Shown: piece by piece, positions 11,556 to 23,500 of the stretch | Position numbering within the stretch: the stretch's first letter is position 1 | Layout: every line of letters starts with the position of its first letter | Source of the DNA: Neophaeotheca triangularis | Lineage: Eukaryota | Assembly: GCA_054600435.1 (NCBI GenBank) | Contig: BAAIJX010000040.1 | Span: 186,001 to 216,341 of the forward strand | Direction: 5' to 3' | DNA length: 30,341 bases | The notes under the pieces: generated by a model | What the model was told of the DNA's origin: nothing | What the model saw: the letters and a program-made list of their open reading frames with translations, nothing else | Databases searched by the model: none | Program-made: the position numbers and the translations under genes

Positions 11556-11927
11556 TTGAAAAATACTCGCGAACGGAATGCTGGAGAGCTTGGGCTGGGG
11601 GGAGCAAGGCAGAAGGGGGTTCGCGTGTCGCGAGTCCCGAGCCCGGTCAGGGAGCAGAACAAGGGACACCGGGTATAAGCTAGGGGGATTTGCGCAAGCT
11701 AGTGACACTCCGATCCCCCATCTCCCCTAAATCCGATCGCAAGTCGTTCGCAAATGGCGCTGTGGACAGTCCGGACTCCTCCCTTGGTAGGTCGCTTGGC
11801 TCCGCAGCGCGGCCGTCTATTCACGAAAACGCTGCATGATGGCGCATCATCTTAACCAAATGTTTGCGAGAGTTTTTGGTGTCCCTATGAACACTCCTTT
11901 AACCACTGCCCTTCAAGATACAGCCTG

Positions 11928-12853
11928 CTACACCACCGCCCCTAGCTTCCTCAACAACCGCTCCTCGATACCCTGCAGGACACACCAGTGCTCCACAACC
12001 TCCAAGTTCTCAACCTCGACCTTGAAAGGCTTCTCGGGATCATCGGGCCCACCCATCGGGTTCGCCATCTGCTGTCCACCCTGCGCCATCTGCATCTGCT
12101 GCGACATTTGGTTCGCGGCGTTATTGCTGCCGAGGATGAAATTATAGACGGGCTGCAAGCCAAAGAGCGTGAGAAAGTACCACGACAGCGACGAGACCCA
12201 GCGAACATCGAGGTCGCGTGTGCCGACGCCGGATTGCAGCATGCTTTTAAACTGGGGAGTTAGGGGGAAGGGGAGTTTCACTGCGGACGGTCGTTAGCGA
12301 AGGGTCATGATGCATTGCGTGTACAGGGTCTGAAACGCACTTATGACATAGCCCGAGAAAAAGGCGTTGATCCAGCCCATGATCAAACTCTGCGGCACCA
12401 TCATAGCCACGTTGCCCTTCATCATTCCCATCATGCCCTCCATCATAGCCGGGTCGGACATGGGATTGCCCTTGGGCTTGTTCTTGGCATCCGGGTCGGC
12501 GAGGAAGCGCTGGTCGCGCACGCCGTCTGCGAAGTCTTCTTTGCGTTTGAGAAAAGCCTGGCGGGAGACTTGGGCGTGATTGATGCGGAGGTTTTGCGCG
12601 CGGGCTAGGCTGCGTTGTTCTCGGGTTTTGAGCAGGTCGGGCTTTTTTGGGCTGCTGGCGAGCAGGCTAGAGAGGTAATGGCGCAGGATGCCTGTGAGGA
12701 TCATGACTATGGTGATTGGGAGGAGGATCCAGTAGCTGTTGGCGGGTTGACGTTCATTAGCTGGGTTGGCTTTGGGCGAGGGTTCTTGATAGGTGGTAGG
12801 ACGTACAAGAGGGCTGGATCCCTGTGGATGTGTTGTTCTACCAGCGCTGCCAT
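11928..12853 (-). CDS. EMC3: ER membrane protein complex subunit 3 (DUF106), about 264 aa
   Basis: complement(join(11928..12280,12341..12735,12807..12853)). Reads MAALVEQHIHRDPALFYWILLPITIVMILTGILRHY...NPMSDPAMMEGMMGMMKGN...[54 protein letters not shown], the standard EMC3 signature. Both introns are GT-AG. Confidence 0.95.
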
Positions 12854-13119
12854 GTCGTCGGTATGCGCGACCGAACGGTGTGTAGTGGGCGATTGATTAG
12901 TTCCTACGTGTGTTTCCCTCACACGTCAAGAAGATCAGAGAAGCCAAACAGGTGAAGTGGGATTGATACAGGCCCGTGCGTGAACCGCCAGCTGCAACTG
13001 CCAGCTGGACCTCATGCACTGAAACAGCTTCCTCCCCCTGAGGAACATTTGGCCAAATAATGTAACCAACGTAGACAACTCTTCCTCTTCAAGCAACAGC
13101 AGCATTCTGCCCCTCAACC
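12854..13119. promoter_or_regulatory. 266-bp shared (bidirectional) promoter of EMC3 and SPC2, containing an inverted pair of ACGT-core motifs
   Basis: The two ATGs (12853 minus, 13120 plus) diverge from this gap. ACGTGTG at 12906-12912 and CACACGT at 12920-12926 are perfect reverse complements. CAGCTG occurs at 12989-12994 and 13002-13007. Confidence 0.6.
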
Positions 13120-13887
13120 ATGGCCGACTCTCGCATTTCCCCCTACAGCTTAAGCGACCTCAAAAACACCACCGACGACGCCCTTGGCAACTACCTCCGC
13201 AGCCTCCACTTCACCCAAAACCACACCAAGACCGATGTCCGCTTGATACTAGGCTACACAGCTGTCACAATCTCCGCCGCCACCTTCGTCGCGGATTACA
13301 AACTCGGCTGGGAAGCGACCAAGACCTGGACAGCCGTGGCCGTAGCCGTCTACGCGCTACTCAATGCCGCTCTAACATATTGGATGTGGTTTGTTGAGAA
13401 AGGGATAGTGTTCGAAGGAGAGAAGGGGGGGAAGAAAGTAAGCCAAAGCACCTAGGCACAATAAACAACCACCATCAGTCCAAGCTAGAAGTCCAACACT
13501 AATACCTCCGACCCCCTCCAGATCTCGATCTCGACCAACACCCCCAAAACCAAATCTACAACCCCAATCTACGACCTCACTCTCACAATCACCGATTCCT
13601 CACAAGTCTCCCAAATATCCGCACCCTTTACAACCTTCTTCACCGCCGACGGCTACTTCGTGGCCAAACCTTTCCAGCAATGGCTCGCCAGCAGCCTTCC
13701 CGTGATTGGGGACTCGGACCCCAAGAACGCTCTAAGGGATGAGCGGGACGAACTGGCGGCGCCGGGGGGCGGAGCGGTCGGGGCTACGGAGAAAGCGGCT
13801 GCGCAAGGTGCGTCGGTTGCTACTGGGAGTGTGAGTGCCGGTCAAAATGGGGGCGCTGTGGGGAAGAGGGGGAAGAGGAAAGCTTGA
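13120..13887 (+). CDS. SPC2: Signal peptidase complex subunit 2 (SPC25 family), about 227 aa
   Basis: join(13120..13437,13522..13887), intron GTAAGC...ACTAAT...CAG. Reads YSLSDLKNTTDDALGNYL...DVRLILGY (TM1)...Y..LN.ALTYWMWFVEKG (TM2)...PIYDLT...APFTTFFTADGYFVAKPFQQWL, with a basic C-terminal tail KRGKRKA. Confidence 0.9.
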
Positions 13888-14842
13888 GTTTGATAATGAC
13901 GGTATGGTCGTCTTTGGCAGGGTGTTTGGAGTTTCCGGGACTGTGTAAGAGTGAAGGAGTGGGCTGAAAGCCTTCCCAGGGAGAGAGGAGATCGCTCTGT
14001 CGGGCGCGCCCCTCTGGTGTCGTTGACAAAAGGAGGTAGCATACGGAAGATACGGTCGTGCTTTACTGCTACCTTGATGTTGTAAATCCGACAAATCTTC
14101 CACATCCGCTATTTCTTCGTACTGAAACCAGGGGTCTTGTTAGCCGTCGACCGGTTTGCCGAACAGGTTCAATCCGCGCCAGTTCTACGCCTCTTGCGCT
14201 CTCGCCAGCGCCCGGGGACGATCTTTGACCCAATCGCATAATATAGCCATAAGCTCTGGATCGCTGGGGGGCAAGGTCCTTGGCTGTGGCTTTCAACATT
14301 GAAAACCTGAGGATAGCTGCGTGGGAATGCAAACGTTTCTTCATGCCTTGCGACCCTTACGGCGCGTGTCAATCGTCACTTTAAGTCTGGTTGGAGCATG
14401 TAGGTATATCCCAAAGTATTGTTACATAAGGTACCTTGTTGTCCTGCAGCGTCTTAACTTGGTATTATTATGGAAGACAAAGACTATTTCGTATGAATGA
14501 GAATAATAATGCTTCCAACTCGGCAAACATTGGAAGACGATCCAATGTGGACTACCCGACCCCCCACCTCCCCGGGCCACCAATGTTTACATATCATGAC
14601 GTATCCACCAGATTTGAAAGGCTGCGGGCAGGTGAGGTCGAGGTCCCGTCCGGGCTCAAGACGGAAGGTGCTTTGAGGGGTTAAGCGGAGATAACTGTTG
14701 AAGGTCACTCTCGCACTCTCGAGACAGAGTGGAGGGACATTCGTTAATTATTTCCAAGCGACCGCTTCTTCTTCCTTTCTTGCCCTTCAAAACACCCTCG
14801 CCTCCACCCCAATCCACCATCACCAATTCAACAACCGTAACC

Positions 14843-16199
14843 ATGTCTGCTGTTGAGAGCAAGTTCGACCCGAAAGACATGGTATGCTTGTCCGGCAGGA
14901 CTCAATGAGCCGTCCAAGCAGCATTAATGACGAACTGACGACTCTGCTAGATCTTTCGCCACCTCGGGCCATCTGGTCTGAAGGTGTCTGTCATGTCTCT
15001 CGGAGGCTGGGTATGGCTCTCCCCAATGCCAACTCGTTGACACCCACACTGACCTGTCGCTTTCCATCTCGTAGCTCACCTACGGTGGAACACAAAAAGG
15101 CAACATTGTGAAGGACTGCCTCGAGACTGCCTGGAACCATGGCGTGAGTGTTTCACCCAAACCGCGAGACTTGGGGCTCTAGAGCTCACGGATCCGATGC
15201 TAGATCAACTTTTTCGATACCGCCGAGGTCTACGCCAACGGCCAATGCGAGATCGAAATGGGCCAGGCCCTCAAGGAGCTGAACTGGCCTAGGGATGAAT
15301 ATGTCGTCTCGACAAGTGAGTAGTCACGAAATTTCGGTTGTATGCGAAAGTCTGCTAACGACAACACAGAGGTCTTTTTCGGTCCGCTCACCCTCGGTCA
15401 CTTCTATCTCTTGCTGATCAACTAACAGGTCTTTGCAGGTACTGGCCGCAAGGAGCCCAACACCCGTGGTCTTAGCCGCAAGCACGTCGTCGAGGGCACC
15501 AAGTCCTGCCTCCAACGCCTGCAGCTCGACTACGTCGACATTGTCCTCGCTCACCGTCCCGATGTCGGCACGCCGATGAAGGAGATTGTCGAAGGCTTCA
15601 CACAGTGCATCCGTAACCTCAACCTTGCCTACTACTGGGGTACCTCCGAATGGAGCGCAACTCAGATCATGGAAGCTACTCAAATCGCCGAACGCTACAA
15701 CCTCATCGCGCCCATCGCCGAGCAGCCCCAGTACAACGCTTTCCACCGTGAGCGCTTCGAGGTCGAATACGCCCCTCTGTTTGAGCAATTCCAATACGGT
15801 ACCACCATCTGGTCTCCTCTGGCTTCCGGGCTGTTGACTGGCAAGTACAACGACGGCATCCCCGAGGACTCGCGCTTTGCCACCAACAAGGGCACTTTCG
15901 AGAGCACCATCAACTCGCTACAGACTGAGGAGGGCAAAGCCAAGATCGAGAAGGTTCGCAAGCTCACCAAGATCGCCGAGCGTCTCGGCGGAAGCGTCGC
16001 GCAATTGTCTCTGGCGTGGTGCTGCATGAACCCGAACGTCAGCACGGTGATTCTGGGCGCCACCAAAACCAAGCAGATCGAGGACAACTGCGCTGCCCTC
16101 AAACTGATCCCCAAGCTGACGCCGGATGTGATGGAGGAGATTGAGAGCGTGCTTGGAAACAAGCCCGCCGAGGCCAATTCGTATGGTCGCAAGAGGTGA
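14843..16199 (+). CDS. Aldo-keto reductase, voltage-gated K+ channel beta-subunit-like (AKR6 type), about 350 aa
   Basis: join(14843..14881,14951..15010,15075..15143,15204..15315,15370..15381,15439..16199) is 1053 nt. Motifs: [37 protein letters not shown] (catalytic D/Y), STKVFFG (catalytic K), [55 protein letters not shown]. Confidence 0.93.
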
Positions 16200-16767
16200 G
16201 GGCCTCTCCCATCTTTGCTTGCTGCGTGAGGAGAATGGAGAAGACCCTGCGGCATACAAGTGTATACAGAGTATGGAAAACACGGGCTTATGATATTTAT
16301 GATAGGAGTCTGTTTCCCCGCAAGCGATCCAATAAGTTGTAAGTGAGTGTTGTGTCGCGGCTGATAAGTGAGGGATGATCTTTGTGTTACGTTTCGACCA
16401 AATGTAGGGGTCTGTATGTTTGGTCGGTGCCAAGATTGGAATCCTTTTGGAAATTGAAAATATTGTATCTTCTCTCATAACCTTGACTGCAATGGCTACG
16501 ATAACGTCTAAGCCTTCGCAATATTCTTGGATGACCATGTAATGCCGTGATCCGGGGGGTTTTGCTTGGAAAGCCAGGTGTTTTGCCTGAAATGCGAGGC
16601 ATGCGTAAACGCCAAGGCTCTTCCCGTCATCGCCGCCCGAGACGTCGACCTCCGTGGCAGCTGCCCGGCCTGCCTACATACCCACCTCCTCTTACCACAC
16701 ACCCAACACTGCCATCATCTGGCTATTCGAAACATCTTCCCTGCTGAGCTAGAGGAAGATTAGCAAA

Positions 16768-19555
16768 ATGGCGGCAGCAAAGGACTCGCTCTTCCGCTCG
16801 GCGGACATGAGCTTGACCCAGCTGTACATTGCCAACGAGATCGGCCGCGAGGTCGTGAGCGCCTTGGGAGAGCTGGGTGTTATGCAGTTCCGCGACGTGC
16901 GTATATTACCAGATACCCAAATACTTTGGCCGACTTGCACATGGCTAATCTAGCTTTTACCATCAGTTGAACAGCGAGACCACCGCCTTCCAGCGCACCT
17001 TCACCCAGGAGATTCGTCGCCTGGACAACGTCGAACGTCAGCTCAATTACTTCCGCTCGCAGATTGAGAAGAACAATATCGGCATGCGCTCCATTTACGA
17101 GTTCAGCAACGCCATTGCCGCTCCCAACGCCTCCGAGATTGATGAGCTTGCCGACCGCAGCGAGAGCTTGGAACAGCGTATCAAGTCGCTCAACGACTCA
17201 TATGAGACTTTGAAGAAGCGCGAAACGGAGCTCACCGAGTGGCGCTGGGTTTTGCGTGAAGCTGGTGGCTTTTTCGACAGAGCTAGGGGCCAGACTGAGG
17301 AGATTCGCCAGTCCGTTGACTCTTCGGATGATGCTCCTCTGCTTCGCGATGTTGAGCAGGCTAACGGCAACGACCAGAGCGGAGGACAACAGCAGAGCTT
17401 CTCGGTCATGAACATCGGGTTTGTCGCAGGGGTCATCCCTCGCGAACGCATGGGTGCTTTCGAGCGCATCCTCTGGAGAACGCTGCGTGGCAACCTCTAC
17501 ATGAACCAGTCCGAGATCCCGGATCCGATTGTCGACCCCGAGAAGGGCGAGGAGGTACACAAGAACGTCTTTGTCATCTTCGCTCACGGCAAGGAAATCA
17601 TCGCCAAGATTCGTAAGATTTCTGAGAGCTTGGGGGCGGACATCTACAATGTTGATGAGAACAGCGAGTTGCGCCGGGATCAGATTCACGAGGTCAACAC
17701 CCGCCTGCAGGATTTGGGTAATGTTCTTGGCAACACGAAGCGCACTTTGGATGCAGAACTTTCCCAGATCGGCCGTTCCCTGGCCGCTTGGATGATCGTC
17801 ATTATGAAGGAGAAGTCTGTTTATCAGACCTTGAACCGCTTTTCCTACGATCCTGCACGCAAGACTCTCGTTGCTGAGGCCTGGTGTCCTACCAACCGAC
17901 TTGGACTGGTCAAGAGCACTCTCCAGGATGTGAACGACCGCGCTGGTCTTTCGGTGCCGACCATCGTCAACCAGATCAAGACCAGCAAAACGCCGCCAAC
18001 CTACAACCCTACGAACAAATTCACCCTCGGTTTCCAGACAATCATCGACGCCTACGGTACGGCCAAGTATACCGAAGTCAACCCAGGTCTGCCCACCATC
18101 GTTACCTTTCCCTTCCTCTTCGCCGTCATGTTTGGTGACTTTGGCCACGGTTTTATCATGTTACTGGCGGCCTCTGCGATGATCTACTGGGAGAAGCCCC
18201 TTCAGCGCGGCAAGCAGGACGAACTATTCGGCATGGCATTCTACGGTCGCTACATTATGCTCATGATGGGTATTTTCTCCATGTACACTGGCCTCATCTA
18301 CTGCGATGCTTTCTCCAAGGAGCTCAGCTTTTTCCCCAGTATGTGGGAGTGGAACTTTCCGGACGACTATCAGGAAGGCAAGATGATCCAGGCGACGAGG
18401 GTCGAAGGTTATACTTACCCCTTTGGTTTGGATTGGAAATGGCCCGAAGCCGAGAACAACTTGCTTTTCTCCAACTCGTACAAGATGAAGCTCTCCATTA
18501 TCATGGGCTGGGCCCACGTAAGACAGCACCACATCCTTTAATTGCCTGATACCTGCTAACACTGGCTCTAGATGACGTACTCTCTCTGCCTTTCCTACGT
18601 CAACGCTCGGCACTTCAAGTCCTCTATCGACATCTGGGGCAACTTCATCCCCGGCATGATCTTCTTCCAGTCCATCTTTGGCTACCTTGTCTTTTGTATC
18701 ATCTTCAAGTGGTGCACGGATTGGTACGCAATCGGTCAGCCTCCGCCAGGCCTTCTCAACATGCTCATCTACATGTTCCTTCAACCCGGCACTATAGAGG
18801 ACGATTCACACCTCTACTCTGGCCAAGGTTTTGTCCAAGTCGTGCTTGTACTCCTCGCTCTGGTGCAAGTACCGATTATGCTGTTCCTCAAGCCTTTCTA
18901 CCTGCGCTGGGAGAACAACAAGGCCAGGGCGCAGGGGTACAGAGGTATCGGCGAGACCACCCACGTGTCTGCTTTGGATGACGACGATGAAGGTGGCGAG
19001 CAACAAGCCAACGGTCGGCCGAGTTTCGCCGACAGCGAAATGGAAGGCAACGCGATGATCACGCAAGACATTGGCGGCGGCGAGCATGAAGAAGAGTTTG
19101 AATTCGGTGAAGTCATGATTCACCAGGTCATTCACACGATTGGTAAGATGACTCTCCCAAGCCTACCAAATTTCAAAAAGCGCAAACATACTAATCACCA
19201 CCGCTCCTCAGAATTCTGCCTAAACTGCGTCTCCCACACTGCCTCGTACCTCCGGCTCTGGGCCCTCTCGCTCGCACATCAGCAACTCTCCTCAGTCCTC
19301 TGGCAAATGACTCTAGCCAACGCCTTTGGCTTCACTGGCGGCCTCGGCATCTTCGCCATTTTCGTTTTCTTCGCGCTCTGGTTCGTGCTCACCTTGGCCG
19401 TCTTGGTCGTCATGGAAGGCACTTCGGCCATGTTGCACAGTTTGCGCTTGCATTGGGTCGAAGCCATGAGTAAGCATTTTGTGGGCGAGGGAGTCAATTT
19501 CGAACCGATGAGTTTTGAGCGATTGTTGGAGGAGGAGTTAGTCGAGTTGAAGTAG
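16768..19555 (+). CDS. VPH1: V-type proton ATPase V0 subunit a, about 864 aa
   Basis: join(16768..16896,16967..18517,18572..19142,19212..19555). Motifs: [94 protein letters not shown] (essential Arg), [10 protein letters not shown]. Confidence 0.97.
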
Positions 19556-19982
19556 CTTGATGTGATACGGCGTGATTAAATGTCGTCGGTAAGGGAATCG
19601 TAGACCCGTGGTTCGTCGCTGGGCGGTCGGCCTTGGGAGAAATACAGAAGTACATGCATATAACAACAACATGACAGTACCTAGGTAGGTGGTTCGACAG
19701 AGGAACGAGGCGTGATACTTGGGTACTTGCGTACATGGGATATTATTATTATTATTGAGATCTGGTAACTCGAGCACACTACTGCCACCATGTACCGCCC
19801 GCCGCTACGGAGCCTCGGAACGTGCAGTAGCGGGTGGTCCGTTGGCGGGCCACCTTGCCGGGGATGCCTGTAAGGGTTAGAAGTAGCGCCGTACCTAGGT
19901 ACTCATGTACTCGTAGGTTACAAACGGTCGCTAGGGGGGAGAGCTGCATTGGGCTTCCTTTGTTGTCCTTGGCTTTGTCCTC

Positions 19983-20036
19983 GTCGTTGTCGTTGTCGTT
20001 GTCGCTGTCGCTGTCGCTGTCGCTGTCGCCGTCGTA
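19983..20036 (+). repeat. Hexanucleotide microsatellite, 9 units: (GTCGTT)3(GTCGCT)4 GTCGCC GTCGTA
   Basis: Read directly from the sequence. It lies between VPH1 and the CM1 gene. Confidence 0.9.
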
Positions 20037-20562
20037 CAACGACTTGAGTGGGTGGAACAGTCAGTATCTAAATGTCTTCTCTTGTATTCAACACTCTTTG
20101 CCCATCGCAAGTATCAATCGCCGCTCGTCAACTCTTTTCAGCGTGTATACAAGTGTCAAATCCAAGTTTTAAGCGCTCACCTCACCTCAGTCTCGTAGGG
20201 TGAAACAACAAACGCCAACGCAGGCCCAAGGCTGGACGTCACATCACCTGCATTCATTCACTCTCCACCTGCATTCTCCACCTCTCCTCTGCCCTGACAC
20301 CTCCCACTCGGAACTCCCTACCAAAGCCCAAACGCCGCCGCATACCCACCCGGCCAACCAACACGCCAAACCATAACCCACTACCTCAATTGCCAATCTC
20401 TCTCCCTCCCTTCCTCCCTCCCTCTCAGCCTCACTCCTATCCGACCGCGTCTCGAAGCGGCAGCCTCATCCTGAACCTGCTACTTCACCTCACCGCCTCA
20501 ACCCCAATGGCAACCCGGTGAAGCGCGCAACGACAACACTCCCTGTCCGCTCACTCTCCGCC

Positions 20563-23500
20563 ATGGAGTCCCGTCCTTTCAAAGACAGCGGCTACTCCTC
20601 CTACTACGCGCCCTCGGAATCCACCGCTTCAGTCCTCCCTGCCTCGCAATATCTTCAAGACCGTCTTTCCGAACGACGCTCGCGCAACACCACCCGCCCC
20701 AAGCGCTCGCGCCAATCCGATGTAGGGCCCCCTCGAAGCCGCACCGACGACGACGACATATTCCTCGCCGAAGCCGAAGAGAGTCGCGCAAGCAACACCC
20801 GCCTCTATGACAGCTCGCCCGTCACTGGAGGCGGCACATTTACGCGCTCGCGCGCAGGCAGCAGCGATGTCAACCGCCCCACGCGCGCACGTAGGCAGAT
20901 GGGACTGAAAGAAACAGCCGAAGCGATGGATAAGCTCGCCAAAGAGAACTTCGATCTCAAGATGCATCTGCGACACAGCCGAGATCATGTTGCGAAATTG
21001 CAAACTGAGCTTGAGGAGTTCAGGGAAGGAGCTGAGAGGCGTGAGAAGATCGAGGAGGAGCACGCCGAGTTGTTGCGGATTAACAGTCTGATGATTGGCG
21101 AGCTGGAGAAGAGGGATAGGGCTGTCGAGGAGGCTATGGATATGATTTGTGATTTGGAGGAAAAGTTGACGCTGATTGGGGGGAATGGAGGGAGGGGGGA
21201 GGGAAATGGGGCAACTACTAGACCGAGTACTGCGCAGGCTGATTCTGGGTATGCTGGGACGGAGATGCAAGAGGTTGAGATGCCTTCCTCGCCGCCGGAG
21301 ATTGCGAAGACGCCGCAGGTGGGAGGCAAGGCGCTAACGCAACCGCTGAACGTGCAAGGAGTCGTGGAGAACATGACACCTGCGAGACCAAAGCGCGAAC
21401 CCTCGTTCCTCAGTCAGAAAAAGCCGAGCACGCACGCCCTTAGGAGCGTGTACATGGAGAACGCCAAAGTGCTGCAGTCGGTCAAGAGTTTCAATTCGCT
21501 CATTTCGAAGCGAGAGGGCAGAGTTGACGGCGATCACGACGATCCTGATTCGCCTCGTTTGAGTGCCTTGAGCGAGAGCAGCTTTCCCAGCATCTACAGC
21601 CCCCGCAAAGGCCACAGCCCGGAAGGGTACACTTGGGAGGCCAACGAGGACGAAGAGGAAGAAGTGGAAGAGCAGCCATCACAATCGTCCCACGCACGCG
21701 ACCTGAGCATCAACCGGGTCAATCGCTGGATAGCTGAGCGAGACGCAGTGGAGTGCACTCCTTCAAAGTCCAACAACATCTCCTCGCCCTTGATCGCCGA
21801 CGACGATAAGACCGAACGTGGCAATTCCCCGTCTCCTCTCCGTAATCACCAGACTCAGACTCAAACTCGCGAACACGAACACAAACACAACAACTATCAC
21901 TCTCTCAACAACGCTGTCGCACCAAACCTCGCACCCGCGCAGACAGTAGCACCCGCAAACTCAAAACACCACGCCCACGAGCTTCACAATTCTCTCCTCC
22001 AAAGGACTTCCAGATCGCAGAAGAAAAACCACTCGCCTACTTCCCTCGTCGGTCCGATCTTCCCCAAGAGCAAGAACGACGATCCTCTTCTCCCTCCTAC
22101 TCCCGACAGCGCCAGCACGCGTATGCTCCGCGCCTCGCGATCCAGCATTGCCGATGACAGAAGCCTGCTCGACACTACACCCGCGACAGTGCGTGGCTAC
22201 GATGTTCTGCAGCCCAAGCAGGAAATGATCACCGCGTCTAGACAACAACGGCGCAAGCCCATAGGCGAGGGAGATGCCGACACCGAAGAAGGGAGGGCAG
22301 AATATAGTAGCTCCACCTCCTCTCAATCTTCCATCTCGAAAGAAGGGGAAGAAGCAGGCTCCTCGCCAGACACAGCTAACGTTTCTTCAGACGAAGAAGA
22401 TAACTCAGACGGCGAAGATGACTCGGACGACGCAGATTCCGAGCATCCCCGTCGTCGCCGAAAACACAAAGACTACCCCGACGGGAACTCAATCTTTCAT
22501 GGCACTCCCAGTCGTTTTCAACAGCGCCTGCCAGAGTCGAAAGAACCACCCAATCTCTTCGACCACGCCGCCATCTCCCCACCACTGCCTCCTGCAATTG
22601 CACAAAACTTGCGGCATAGACAAAGCAGCTCGGATGCCAGCACTCTGAGCCCCGTCTTGAGCCCCAGTGTCCCTGGCAGACAAAGCCCCCACCGTGCCGA
22701 TACTAGCTCGCGACCCGCGTCCCACGACACTAACGGCAGCAAAAACAATACCACTGGCTTCTTCAACGCCCTAGGTATGATGGTGTCCCCCTCGGCTAAG
22801 AACCCAGACGACACCACCAGCTACGGCGACGTTCGCGTCCGCAGCCCCACGGCCGGCACTCCCGGCATCGAAGGCTACTCGTGGCACTCGGACTCCAACT
22901 CAAGCATCGGCACTGTCATTCCGCCTCCTCCGCAGCAACAACAAACACCACTGCCGAGAGACGAGTCAACATCGTCGTGGACGCCACGCTTCTCCCCCGG
23001 TAAGAACGGGGCGAGGACGCCGCAGACTCAGACTCCCACGCAAGCGGGAAGTGCCAGCACGCCCCGCATGACCCTCGGCCAGCGTACGCAGATGCTTATT
23101 AGGCGTATGTCGAACTCGCAGTCGGGGTCGCCGGGATCATCGCAGACACATGCGCAGCCGCAAGCTCAAATGCAGTCGCCAGCGCAGCAGAGTGTGAGTC
23201 AGAGTGTGGATCGCAATGTGCAGATGTTGCAGGGGACGAATAGTCCAGCCGCGGGGCAACAGTGCCAACATACTCAGCAGCAGCAGCCACCAAAGCGTCC
23301 CAACACAGCGCAAAGCTTCCATTCGGGCTCGGGAAAGGGCAAACTTCCCACCGCAGGCGGGCCACAGCACATCCGGCCTTCGTCGTCTTCATCCTCCTCG
23401 ACGGCTTTCGCTTCCACTTCCGTTTCTGCAAAACCCGATACGCTCGCTCAGAACCCAACCCAAAAGCCTGTAGCAGCCCGACTCGCCCATGCCGTCGTGG

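Noticed and set aside
10988..11927. Telomerase RNA gene
   Set aside because: There is no TAACCCTAA-type template on either strand, and the gap is shorter than known filamentous-ascomycete telomerase RNAs.
17198..18148. 316-aa minus-strand ORF, and similar antisense ORFs at 15695-16255, 18224-18784, 20629-21270 and 7882-8394
   Set aside because: They lie antisense to well-supported genes with strong codon bias, which suppresses stops on the opposite strand. None has a recognisable motif.
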